NCBI RefSeq assembly: GCF_001194135.2
Contig: NC_068992.1
Coordinates: forward strand, 64,149,033 to 64,213,032
Source: Octopus bimaculoides
Lineage: Eukaryota
Length of the DNA stretch: 64,000 bases
Direction: 5' to 3'
Below the pieces are notes generated by a model that was not told the origin of the DNA, made no database searches, and saw nothing but the letters and a program-made list of their open reading frames with translations. Positions 24,201 through 35,083 of this stretch are shown here, in pieces (positions within the stretch are counted from its first letter, which is position 1; every line of letters starts with the position of its first letter). The translations under genes and the position numbers were made by a program.

Positions 24201-27200
24201 TGAGCATTCCACAATAATACCTTCTCAATGGAGTCTTCCACAATACTATACTCCTCAATGATGCTTTCTACATTGAGGGAATTCAAACAATTACACCTTA
24301 CACAATGACACCCTTCAAAATAATGCTCTCCACAGTGATGTTTTTCACAGTGGTGCACTCTATAATGGGTCATCTACAGTAATGCCCTCTACAACAGTGT
24401 CACCACCCCGGTGCCTTCCACAATGGTGTATTTCTCAGTGGTGTCCTCCACAATGGATAACCCACAACAGTGTCTTTCACAATTAATTTTCTTCCATGGT
24501 GCTTCACACAACGACGTCCTCCATAAAGGGGTCCTCAATTTGATGATCTTCACAACGATGTCTTTTACAACAGTACCATGTCATTAAGAATTAAAAAATT
24601 AAAAAAACAACAATATCCTGTTACTGTTAAACTTGTTGTATCCCTACTGAAAGATTCTGACTGTGTGTGGTGTGTAAAGGATCGCCTCACTCTAACGAGT
24701 TTCGTTCGTTTATAAGCTACTGATTACGACCAACAAGTAATTGTTGGCATGAAGAATAGAATGCGTGAATGAATGAAATGGAATGACTTATCTGAGAATC
24801 GTGCTTGCATTATAGAATTAGATCACCGAGCACTTACACTACTGTACGAAGAATAAATACTAGTCAAAACGAAAAAGAGAACACGAGAAGCAACACACCC
24901 AAAATACACCTACCTATATAAGGAATCTCGTCTGAATTGGCTGGAAGTGTTTGGTTGACGACTAATAAGAACACTGACAACGAGAGGAGAACTGTTACAC
25001 CTATGGAAACTTTCTCTCCGGAACTCGGTGGTAATAGGAAACCCAGGAGAGATATACTACTAATTAAAAGACAGGGAAATATGAAGCTAAGGATGTGGAA
25101 AAATGGTTTCCGTTCGAGTGAAATAACATATATTAGCTCACTGCTCACACCACTGGCGTGTTTCACCTCATTTCTGATTGCTTTAAGACGGACGAGAGCC
25201 CACTCTGAGTTCTGTACGTAATTCGATGTGTCTCCAGTTGTTGATGCTGGATAAAGGTCCAGTTCATTAACAAGGTATGCCCACGATGAAAAAGTCATAT
25301 TGCAGAACTGTTTGTCGAAAGGGAAATTCTTGGTCTGTAGCATACAGGAGCTTTTGACGACCGATGGGAAACGGTAATACATAGTTCCATTGGAAGATAT
25401 TCTAACATTGTAATATTCCAGGATCCCTTTCAGAACATAATCCACACTGAAATACATAAAATAAAAAAATAAAAAAATTATTTACGTAAGAATAGCATCT
25501 CAGGTGTACTGAAATGCTGTGTGACATACACATATATCTACATCTTCATCTAACAATGAGGGTGTAGTAACGCCTTGTCTCGTGCGCATGCGTAGTCATC
25601 AATATCCAAGTTTGGCGCCCTGATTCTTTCTCTTTTCTCGCCGGCCGACGACGATGGCAGACGTCCAACAGCGGAGCTCTCGAACATGTCAGCACCAGAG
25701 CTTCACAAATAACTGCTGCCTATTTTCACCATAAATAAATATTGTTGTGTTGATAGTTCGGAGTCAGCGTTACGTTGTTTATCAGGTCGAGTAGCCCATC
25801 CTGCTCAAAAGGTCCCTGAATAAGGTTTGTTTTAGGATGTTGAGTAAAACACCCATGTTTCCAAAGGTGAATTATTCAAAACCCAAAGAATTCCTCTCAA
25901 CACATGGCTATGATGTTCCCCCACTACTTCTGCTCATGATCAGAGATGCACATATCGCCAGCCACCAAGGGACATGCTCAACTGGTTAAGGTCAAACAAC
26001 TGACAAGCAAATCTGTAGTATTAAGCAGAATATTTGCTGTAGCCCATCTTTTATACCAAGACAAAACAATGTACATGAATGAGAACCCAGGTTCGAAATT
26101 TCCCCACGACACCTGATGAAGGCTGGAGGGTATATCAGCCGAAATGTGTTAACAACAAACAAGATGAGGACAAATATCCGTCAAATGTAAATAATGTTCA
26201 CAAAATTTATTTTTGCTGATGCACACCACTATTAAAAGTTACCCACTGAATCTTTTTTTCTCCTTGCATTTTATTTTTTGCTAGGCATGATATTTGATTT
26301 ACTTGTTGAGATCGTAAAGACTGTATGTATAATTACAGATGAAGCGTCTTTTCAAGATGATAGGTATTTGGTGATCAAACAAGAATGATTTGGGTTTATA
26401 CAGCATCATCATCGTTAAAACAACTGCAACAAAAACTCGCATTAGTAGTAGGAGCTGTCTTTGAATATTAGTAATACTAGAAGCATTGTGTTTTTAGCAA
26501 AGAACTGCTCGGGGTCACCATTTTAGTGAAGGAAGTCGCTAATGAAGATGTCAACACTTTAATGACTGTACTCGGTCATTAATTCAATGACTGTATTATA
26601 CCTCTGGTACGATAAGTGACAACAAACACTTCTATCAGTGCGTGAACAACTTCATATCTAAGGTTTTATTCAGATGTGTAACAAACGAATTCATACTGTG
26701 AGTACACAATGTTCAATCAGGTTATCTGGAATTGAAGCTTAAGATTATGAACCTCATGTTCCACGATGACAGTGAGAAAATAGGAGGAATTTAAAGTACA
26801 AAAATTATTTTCAGACAGGCACTAGGTGAAGAATACTATTGCGAGTCGTTGGTAGGAAAGAATATCAAATCCTTATACCTGGCTCTCTCTCTCCGATGTT
26901 GACCTCGCTGCGTCTTAATAAAGAAGAGATCAATTCAATTGGAATTCGCTCTTAAGTAGGCGATATTGCTTCTAACACTCTCCTGTGTGTGGTTTAGCAG
27001 TTACGCCTTGTATGCTAGCAAAGGGTGGTGGGAGCTAAACTCTGTTGCTTGGAATGTTCTAGAACATTCGATAGGGGAGATAACTGTAGTTGACTCCCAG
27101 CTAATATTTTGCCAACGAAAGAACTTGTTTCAAATAGCATTGCCTACATGTTTAACTTTTCAACATTAAGGTTACTCTATCAAATGTAATGTTTATTTAT

Positions 27201-30026
27201 TCACATTGTTTTGATACACTATTTCGTAGTTTCAAGATTTCGATGATATAAATATTTATTTTTGAACGATATTGTATGGTTGGTGTGAGAGGTCGGATCT
27301 GGCCAGTTTGAACACAAAACAGGTAGAATATTTTGGCCAGAAACGACTAGGTTAAATGATAAAGGGTTAAAACAGAGGACTACTTACTTCTCGTAGAGCG
27401 CAATATCAGGAATCCAAACCTCTTTGTTGGACACAAGTATTTGGTCGATTCCTTCAAAATCAGTCTTATTCCAGCTCAGTCTACAATCTCTCCATTGCTA
27501 CAGCAATACAAAAACAAAGTCCCTTTACATTTCTATCACAACTAGAATGGATCTGAACAGCCGTGTTGTGGGAGTGTAGTGTATGAGTTTTGTGTTATTG
27601 TGTCGCTTATCTTTAGACCTTGTATGTGTTATGAGAATTATTGTGTGTGTGTGTTCCCAATTGTGTTGTGAGAGGGTCTTGTGCTGTGTTTTGAGAGGCA
27701 TTTGTGCTGTGCTGTAAGAGGGCTTTGTGCTGTGTTGTGCGAGGGATTGTGCTGTGTTGTGCGATGGTCTTGTGTGCTGTGTTGTGAAAGGGTGTTGTGC
27801 TGTGTTGTCAGAGCGTCTTGTGTTGTGTTGTGAGAGGAACTTGTTCTGTGTTTTGAGAGTGACTTGCGCTGTGTTGTGAGAGGGATTTGTGCTGTGTTGT
27901 GAGAGGGTGTTGTGCTGCGTTGTGAGAGGGTGTTGTGCTGTGTTGTGAGAGGGTTTTGCATTGAGTTATCATGATCCTTGTGTTGTGTTGTATGTCAGCC
28001 TTGTTTTGTGTTCTGCGTGAGTCCTAAATTACGTTCTGTGTGGGCTTTGTATTGTGCTGAGTTGTATGTGGGTTGAAGTGGCTAGGGGATTCAGCTCATC
28101 ATCGCAAGGTTGTGAGTTCGATTTCCAGCGGCGCGTCGTGCCTTTGAGCAAGACACCTTATTTCACATTACTCCTTTAGTAGAAAGTGGGTTATACATCT
28201 TTAGATTGTATACCTGACTTTCTACTATAAAATTAAAGAAATTGACGGAACGCTGAACTCCAGACTAAACAACTTAAACAACATTTATTTACTTGGTAAA
28301 ACATACAAATCTTTAGTTATACATCTTTAGAGGTGAGAATAACGAGCTGTCGAGTATAAGACCGAAAGATGTAGAGACAGCTTAAACACACGTCCTTGCT
28401 CAATCGCTGGCCAGCGAGAAAGAGAATGAATTGAGCGGGAAACGCTTGCTTGTTTAATTTTACGCATGCGTAAGACTACGCATGCGCAGGCGTTACTACA
28501 CTCCCATCCACTCAGCTGGCAAAAATGAGTTGTACCTGTATTTCAAAGGGCCAACCTTGTTACATTCTGTGTTATGCTGAATCTCCCTGAGAACTATGTT
28601 AAGGATACACGTATCTGTGGAGTGCTCAGTCACTTGCACATTAATTCCACCAGCAGGCTGTTCCGTTGATCGGATCAACTGAAACACTCTTCGTCGTAAC
28701 CGTTGTATGTTGGCCTTGTGTTGTGTGTGAGCTTTGCGCTGCATTATGTGTAGGCCTTGTGTTGCACTGAGTGTGGACTTTGCGCTATGCTGTATGTGAG
28801 ACTTGAACATGAAGCCTGTGTGTGTTTAGGAGGTTTGTTGGACATGATATGGTGTTGTATGTGTGCATGGAAACGTTTCAATTTACAGAGATATGAAGAT
28901 TAATGTTTACATACCATTCTTATCCAGATGCTCGTATGAAGGATTTGTAGGCTATCATTCTATGGGTTTTAAGACGAAAAATAGCAATAAAAAAAGGGAA
29001 AAACAACGATTAGAAATAGTTTACTATCTCGGTAATTATCTGATTCTGTCTCATTTTCTTTCCTTCTTTCTTTCTTTCTTTCCTTCTTTCTTTCTTTCTT
29101 TCCTTCTTTCTTTCTTTCATTCATTCATTCTTTGTTTCTCTCTCCTCTCTCTCTCTTTCTCTCTCTCTCTCTCTTTTTCTCACACACACACACATACATA
29201 CACACACACACGGAGACATGGTTTCGGGTTCAGTCTCACTGCGTGACACCTCAAAGTTAGTGCCTTCCACTATAGTCTTGGGCCAACCAATGACTTCTGA
29301 GTGAATTTGATACACAGAAATTATATAGAAGGCCCTCATTTCCAGGCGCAGGAGTGGCTGTGTGGTAAGTAGCTTGCTTACCAACTACATGGTTCCGGGT
29401 TCAGCTCCACTGCGTGGCACCTTGGGCATGTGTCTTCTACTATATCTTCTACTATAGCCTCGGGCTGACCAAAACCTTGTGAGTGAATTTGGTAGACNNN
29501 NNNNNNNNNNNNNNNNNNNNNNNNNNNNNNNNNNNNNNNNNNNNNNNNNNNNNNNNNNNNNNNNNNNNNNNNNNNNNNNNNNNNNNNNNNNNNNNNNNNN
29601 NNNNNNNNNNNNNNNNNNNNNNNNNNNNNNNNNNNNNNNNNNNNNNNNNNNNNNNNNNNNNNNNNNNNNNNNNNNNNNNNNNNNNNNNNNNNNNNNNNNN
29701 NNNNNNNNNNNNNNNNNNNNNNNNNNNNNNNNNNNNNNNNNNNNNNNNNNNNNNNNNNNNNNNNNNNNNNNNNNNNNNNNNNNNNNNNNNNNNNNNNNNN
29801 NNNNNNNNNNNNNNNNNNNNNNNNNNNNNNNNNNNNNNNNNNNNNNNNNNNNNNNNNNNNNNNNNNNNNNNNNNNNNNNNNNNNNNNNNNNNNNNNNNNN
29901 NNNNNNNNNNNNNNNNNNNNNNNNNNNNNNNNNNNNNNNNNNNNNNNNNNNNNNNNNNNNNNNNNNNNNNNNNNNNNNNNNNNNNNNNNNNNNNNNNNNN
30001 NNNNNNNNNNNNNNNNNNNNNNNNNN

Positions 30027-30077
<51 letters not shown>

Positions 30078-30699
30078 CACATACATATATAGATACGCGC
30101 GCGCGCGCACACATACACACACACACATAAGCATACACACATGCACAGTTGCACGTCGTTTTGGATTTGTTTCACAAGACTTTTCTTTTTATATGAAACC
30201 GTGTGTTGAAATGAATAGTTATATTTCTGAGCTAATAAACCCCATAAACGCACTCATGATTATTATTTAATGGAAGCACATGGCTCTGTGGTTAGAGCAT
30301 TGGGCACACAATCATGAGGTAGTGAGTTCGATTCCTGGACTGGGCTGTGTGTTGTGTTCTTGAGCAAGACACTTTATTTCACATTGCTCCACTTCACTAA
30401 GCTGTAGAAATGAGTTGCGACATCACTGGTGCCAAGCTATATCAGCCTTTGCCTTTCCCTTGGATAACATTGGTGGCATGGAAGAGGAGGCTGATATGCA
30501 TGGGTGACTGTTGGTTTTCCATAAACAACCTTGCCCAGACTTGTGCCTCAGAGGGTAACTTCCTAGGTGCAATCCCATGATTATTCATCACTGAAGGGGT
30601 TCTTCACCCTTTTTAACTCTATTATCATTTAATTTAACAGATACATTAAATATAATCTAGAGATTACATTATCTCTAGAGATAATCTAGAGATTTCCAC

Positions 30700-30795
<96 letters not shown>

Positions 30796-32216
30796 GCACC
30801 TATACATACATACATACAACATATGCAGACACACACACGTACGTATGCACATACATGTACATATATATATTCATAAGTGCATATATATATATTTCATCAT
30901 CATTGTTGTTTAACATCTGCTTTCCATGCTGGCATGGGTTGGACAGTTTGACTGAGGACTGGCGAACCAGAAGGCTGCACCAGGCTCCAATCTGATCTGG
31001 CAGAGTTTCTACTGCTGGATGCCCTTCCTAACACCAACCACCCCAAGAGTGTAGTGGGTGCTTTTACGTGTCACCGGCACGAGGGCCAGTCAGGTGGTAA
31101 CGGCAACAACCACACTCAAATGGTGTTTTTTTATGTGCCACCTGCACAGGAGCCAGTCCGGTGGCACTGGCAACGACCACGCTCGAATGTTGTGATGGAC
31201 AATTAATTGAGACTTGAATGAATGTCGTGGTAGAATGGTAAAAAAATACTAAATTCACTTACCCATACTTTCATTTCATTTCCACCCCTAATTTTTTTTA
31301 GATCAAATCTTTCCCAAGGGCCATCAAAAAAGTAGCTACAATAGCGTTTGGAACAAATCAACAACATTCCAGGCTATAAATCCGTGACCTTGTGCCAAAA
31401 TTAGTTAAAATTAGTATTTGAAAGAGATTGGATATAAATTGAAAATATTTAGGGGCTGAAAAGTCATGAATAAAAATGAAATATTTTTGAATACGTTACC
31501 AAATCAATGATCTGTCTCAGTGCCAGATTTAGGGTTATGTTGACCGAAGAATTGCCACAGTGGGGCCGGAGATAATATTGGTAGTTAGTAAAGATGTGTT
31601 TTCTTAGTGCTAAGCGAGCTTTTTGAAGTTTTGTGATGGCTGTAAGTTGAAGAAATAAAAAGGAGAAAAAAAATTCAATGAGTTTTAAGAGAAACAGGAA
31701 AACAATGATAGATTTTTAAAATTTGTGACACGTAAGAGTGAAATTGGAATTATGGATTTGGGACAAATGGTTGATTCATGACTATCATTGTTGTTAGGGC
31801 AACTGAGCAGCATTTCATATGCCTTGACATTGTGAGTTCAATTGCTACTGAGGTTAACTTTGCCTTTCATCCTTTCGGGGTCGATAAAAATAAGTACCAG
31901 TGAAACACTGGGGTCGATGTTATCCACTAACAGCAGCCCCTCAAACTTCAGGCCTTGTGCTTTTAGTAGAAAGGATTATCATCGTTATTATCATTAAGGC
32001 AGTGAGCTTCCAGAATTGCTTGGTTCTTTACGTTCTGAGCATACATACATACACATACACATACATACATACATACATATTTCTGCTACTACTACTACAT
32101 ACACACACATGCATACATACATACATACATACACACACACATACACACACGCATACATACATTCATACATACACACATACATATTACATACATACATACA
32201 TACACACATACATACA

Positions 32217-32247
<31 letters not shown>

Positions 32248-32300
32248 TACATACATACACACACACATACATACATATTACATACATACATGCATATATA

Positions 32301-32332
<32 letters not shown>

Positions 32333-32750
32333 TACATACATACATATTACATACATACACACATACATACATACACACATACATACATACCTATACACAC
32401 ACATACATACATACACACATACATACATACATACATACATACATACATACATACATACAAAATCTCTGAAGAGGCCTAGCGAATCATGCATGTACCCCCA
32501 TTACATCATTTTCATCTACTAATTACTCCAGCATACGGTAGCTATAGAGATAGAATGGGGCATGCCAATGCTTGGCCGAAACAGCTGTAAGATTTTGTCC
32601 CTTCTCCAATTACTAAATGTCCTTTAAATTTGAAATCTTAATTGTTGATATGACATGGTATGTCATAAGTGTCTGCAAGTTGCTGAGTACCTCATATTCC
32701 CCTCCATCTTCTAATTGCTATACATATATATATACATATATACATATATA

Positions 32751-32792
<42 letters not shown>

Positions 32793-33687
32793 CACATATA
32801 TATATATATGTTATTGTGAGGATATAGATTCCTCTTAAAAGGGATGTTTACATCCAAGCTTTTCTGGTTTAATCCTATACCTCAATGGAATTTGCAGGAG
32901 TCCAGTTTTACTTGGTAATAAAATTATAAAGTAACCATTAGCACCAACAATTACGAATTATTAACTTAGAAAATAATCCTTTTAATTAATATAAATTATA
33001 TTATCTTTTCATGTTCTCCCAATTAATAATACAAATTAAAAGAAATAGATTTACTTACTGTTAACCATAATAGAAAAATAATATATATGCAAATTTAATG
33101 GTTCCTTTGTTTCGACCATGTTCACACACACACACACACACAAATAAGAACAAAAAACACATCCACATATAACGGTTTCTTTTGTTTCACATGCACTCAT
33201 AAATATACGAATGATGAAATATTTAGTCTGTTGAGTAACACTCAATCAATCAAGATGTAATTTCTATTTGTGCCAATTTTTCACCCTGGGGAAATATTTA
33301 CTTTGCAATTTTTCAAAATGCAATTTTAATTTATAAACTTGTAATTTGAATGAGAGTAAATATGGAAACAATTGTAGGCAAGTGTAAATTGACAAAATGT
33401 TAATAAATTGATAGTTCTCTGTTAAAACTCTCCATTTTCTTCTTTATCATATGCTATATATANNNNNNNNNNNNNNNNNNNNNNNNNNNNNNNNNNNNNN
33501 NNNNNNNNNNNNNNNNNNNNNNNNNNNNNNNNNNNNNNNNNNNNNNNNNNNNNNNNNNNNNNNNNNNNNNNNNNNNNNNNNNNNNNNNNNNNNNNNNNNN
33601 NNNNNNNNNNNNNNNNNNNNNNNNNNNNNNNNNNNNNNNNNNNNNNNNNNNNNNNNNNNNNNNNNNNNNNNNNNNNNNNNNNNNNNN

Positions 33688-33728
<41 letters not shown>

Positions 33729-34044
33729 AACATGCTGCCTGGCAAGGTAGGCAGTGCCTTCCTTGAATAAAATAGATCGATAGTAATATTTGCCTTTTAT
33801 GGCAAAATATGGACCTAATTCAATAAAATTATGAAGGTTACTCTGATTACTATGCATAAAATGTAAAATATTTTATTTTTCTGTAGATTAGGTAGGCATA
33901 ATTTGCTCCTGCCTTTCAATCTCAGTATTAAAACTACGCATAGAACTGCTGTAGTACACTGCTGCGTACATTCCTATAACAACATTTTCTTTATACACTA
34001 TGAAGGCAGAAGTAAATCTGAGTAATTACTATTGGCACGTGCCT

Positions 34045-34076
<32 letters not shown>

Positions 34077-34558
34077 CATATACATACATACATACAGATG
34101 GAGGAAGCGGGTTAAGGAGGGGACAACTTTTGAGAGAGCAGGAATTCTGTATGAAGAATTTAAGCGTGCTGCTGCTCTAAACGGTACGGCTGGTGTGTGG
34201 CGAATGAGGAAAGCCTGGCTTGCAGTGCTTGCAGTCGCGAATACCTGTCAAGAGTGGGGCTCATTAGCCACCAATAAGAACCTCAAATGCAAAATATAAG
34301 TTAGTCCCTAGAGGTCAGCAATGGTCTTCCTCAGTCACAAGTGGACAGCCATGATACATACATATATATATATATATATATACATACAGACACATGCATA
34401 CATACATACTTACATACACACATACATACATATATATGTATGTATGTGTATATATGTGTGTGTGTAAGCACCCTGGGCAAGTGTCTTCTACTATAGCCTC
34501 GACCCAACAAAAGCCTTGTGAGTGGATCTGGTAGATGGAAACTGAAAGAAGCCTGTTG

Positions 34559-34597
<39 letters not shown>

Positions 34598-34800
34598 GTC
34601 TTTGTGTCTGTGTTTGTCCCCCCCATCCTCACTTGACAACCGATGTTGGTGTGTTTACATTCCTGTAATTTAGCAGTTCAACAAGAGACCGATAGAATAA
34701 GTACTAGGCTTACAAAGAATAAGTCCTGGGGTTCAATTTGTTCAACTAAAGGCAGTGCTCCAGCATGGCCATAGTCAAATCACTGAAACAAATGAAAGAA

Positions 34801-34840
<40 letters not shown>

Positions 34841-35083
34841 CATATCTACACTCTCGGAGTGGTTGGCATCAGGAAGGGCATCCAGCTGTAGAGGCTCTAT
34901 TAATTTTTTTTTTAAAGTGACTTGTATTGGTGATGGGTAGAGTAAATGAAAGGCAGGAGTGAAAAGAGGAGAGGGTGAAAAACATTTTCTCTTACCTTCC
35001 AGTCCTTCAAATTGTGATCCAAGGAAGATACAAAATAAATAGTAAAAATACCACAGTGGGGTCTTAATGATTGTCTTAGACAT
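18994..35083 (-). CDS. Atypical nicotinic acetylcholine receptor-like (alpha9/alpha10-like, non-alpha) Cys-loop ligand-gated cation channel subunit, ~494 aa; exons 35083-34996, 31639-31500, 28959-28915, 27497-27388, 25446-24914, 22415-22198, 19344-18994
   Basis: The exons total 1485 nt in one frame with canonical splice sites. The 45-nt and 110-nt exons match the conserved nAChR exon architecture. The protein shows a signal peptide, RP motif, [26 protein letters not shown], Cys-loop [26 protein letters not shown]1-M3 with PPSSGEKVS, and M4 (LDRTF). Confidence 0.93.
19620..19925 (-). mobile_element. R4/Dong-like (restriction-like endonuclease class) non-LTR retrotransposon relic
   Basis: [16 protein letters not shown] (RT motif) followed by [18 protein letters not shown] (CCHC knuckle). 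Confidence 0.75.
19927..20063. repeat. Compound (TAA)n(CAT)n(TAT)n microsatellite
   Basis: Direct inspection. Confidence 0.95.
22198..22415 (-). CDS. Receptor exon 6 (M3 and start of cytoplasmic loop)
   Basis: [26 protein letters not shown]; acceptor ttgttctag; donor gtgagc at 22197, with an alternative gtaatt at 22188. Confidence 0.88.
22626..23516. mobile_element. Foldback MITE with ~240-bp imperfect terminal inverted repeats, GTTAAC-rich
   Basis: Termini aaggtggacaccgttaatcgaaaagt / acttttcgattaacggtgcccacctt; arms ~22626-22860 and ~23276-23516; no clear TSD. Confidence 0.8.
24180..24580. repeat. Degenerate ~15-bp minisatellite (cacaatggtgtcctc-like)
   Basis: Visible periodic cacaa/tccac motifs. 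Confidence 0.7.
24914..25446 (-). CDS. Receptor exon 5 (loop E, Cys-loop, loops B/F/C, M1, M2)
   Basis: Lies within the 197-aa ORF; acceptor tatttcag, donor gtaggt. Confidence 0.96.
25563..25790 (+). mobile_element. LTR-like repeat, copy 1
   Basis: Begins TGTAGTAACGCC after a purine run and contains AATAAA; homologous to the reverse copy at 28230-28500. Confidence 0.5.
26108..26150 (+). ncRNA. Degenerate minimal type I hammerhead ribozyme motif (Penelope-associated type)
   Basis: acac-CTGATGA-a-GGCTG-gagggtatat-CAGCC-GAAA-t-gtgt. Core, stem II and stem I (acac/gtgt) are present; stem III is missing. Confidence 0.6.
27388..27497 (-). CDS. Receptor exon 4, 110 nt ([11 protein letters not shown]...[10 protein letters not shown])
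   Basis: Canonical 110-nt nAChR exon; acceptor gctgtag, donor gtaagt. Confidence 0.93.
27590..28060. repeat. ~23-bp minisatellite (tgtgagagggtgttgtgctgtgt)
   Basis: More than 12 tandem imperfect units; degenerate continuation near 28700-28860. Confidence 0.8.
28230..28500 (-). mobile_element. LTR-like repeat, copy 2 (inverted relative to copy 1)
   Basis: Shares tgtagtaacgcc, gcgcatgcgtagtc, tttctcgc(c/t)ggcc, aaataaat and ggagt(t)cagcgtt blocks with copy 1. Confidence 0.5.
28915..28959 (-). CDS. Receptor exon 3, 45 nt ([15 protein letters not shown])
   Basis: Canonical 45-nt nAChR exon with the loop D Trp; acceptor cccatag, donor gtatgt. Confidence 0.85.
30270..30610 (+). mobile_element. 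tRNA-derived SINE (ttgagcaagacactttatttcac core)
   Basis: A box tggttagagc and B box gagttcgattcc; partial copy at 28075-28180. Confidence 0.7.
30895..31190 (-). mobile_element. SINE family C (gttggcgttaggaagggcatccagc core, RTE-like tail ggacgttaaacgatgatg; probable Ceph-type SINE)
   Basis: Related copies at 3415-3615(-), 37755-38030(+), 40375-40580(+), 51290-51475(-), 54920-55100(-), 59020-59530(-), 61490-61680(+). The family name is inferred. Confidence 0.8.
31500..31639 (-). CDS. Receptor exon 2 ([28 protein letters not shown]...LRQIIDL)
   Basis: Acceptor ttcaacttacag, donor gtaacg; typical N-terminal helix, RP and beta1 motifs. Confidence 0.9.
32040..32460. repeat. (CATA)n microsatellite
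   Basis: Direct inspection. Confidence 0.95.
34996..35083 (-). CDS. Receptor exon 1, signal peptide [29 protein letters not shown](A)
   Basis: ATG at 35083, hydrophobic h-region, donor gtaaga at 34995. Phase 1 matches exon 2 and gives an L-E-A cleavage site. Confidence 0.72.

Noticed and set aside
27590-28060. Regularly spaced repeats as a CRISPR-like array
   Set aside because: Tandem units have no unique spacers, the context is eukaryotic, and no cas genes are present.
29378-30270. Long ORFs in the track (e.g. 253-291 aa; also at 10679, 38989, 52978-53978)
   Set aside because: They span N gaps and (TA)n/(CA)n repeats and are artefacts.
33059-33119. Alternative receptor exon 1 ([20 protein letters not shown], donor gtaagt, phase 1)
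   Set aside because: Poor signal peptide compared with 35083-34996; cannot be fully excluded as an alternative first exon.
18994-35083. Calling the receptor a chemotactile receptor (CRT/CRB) or an alpha subunit
   Set aside because: It is much closer to canonical nAChR motifs than the chemotactile receptors I recall, and it lacks the Cys-Cys that defines alpha subunits. A phylogeny is needed.
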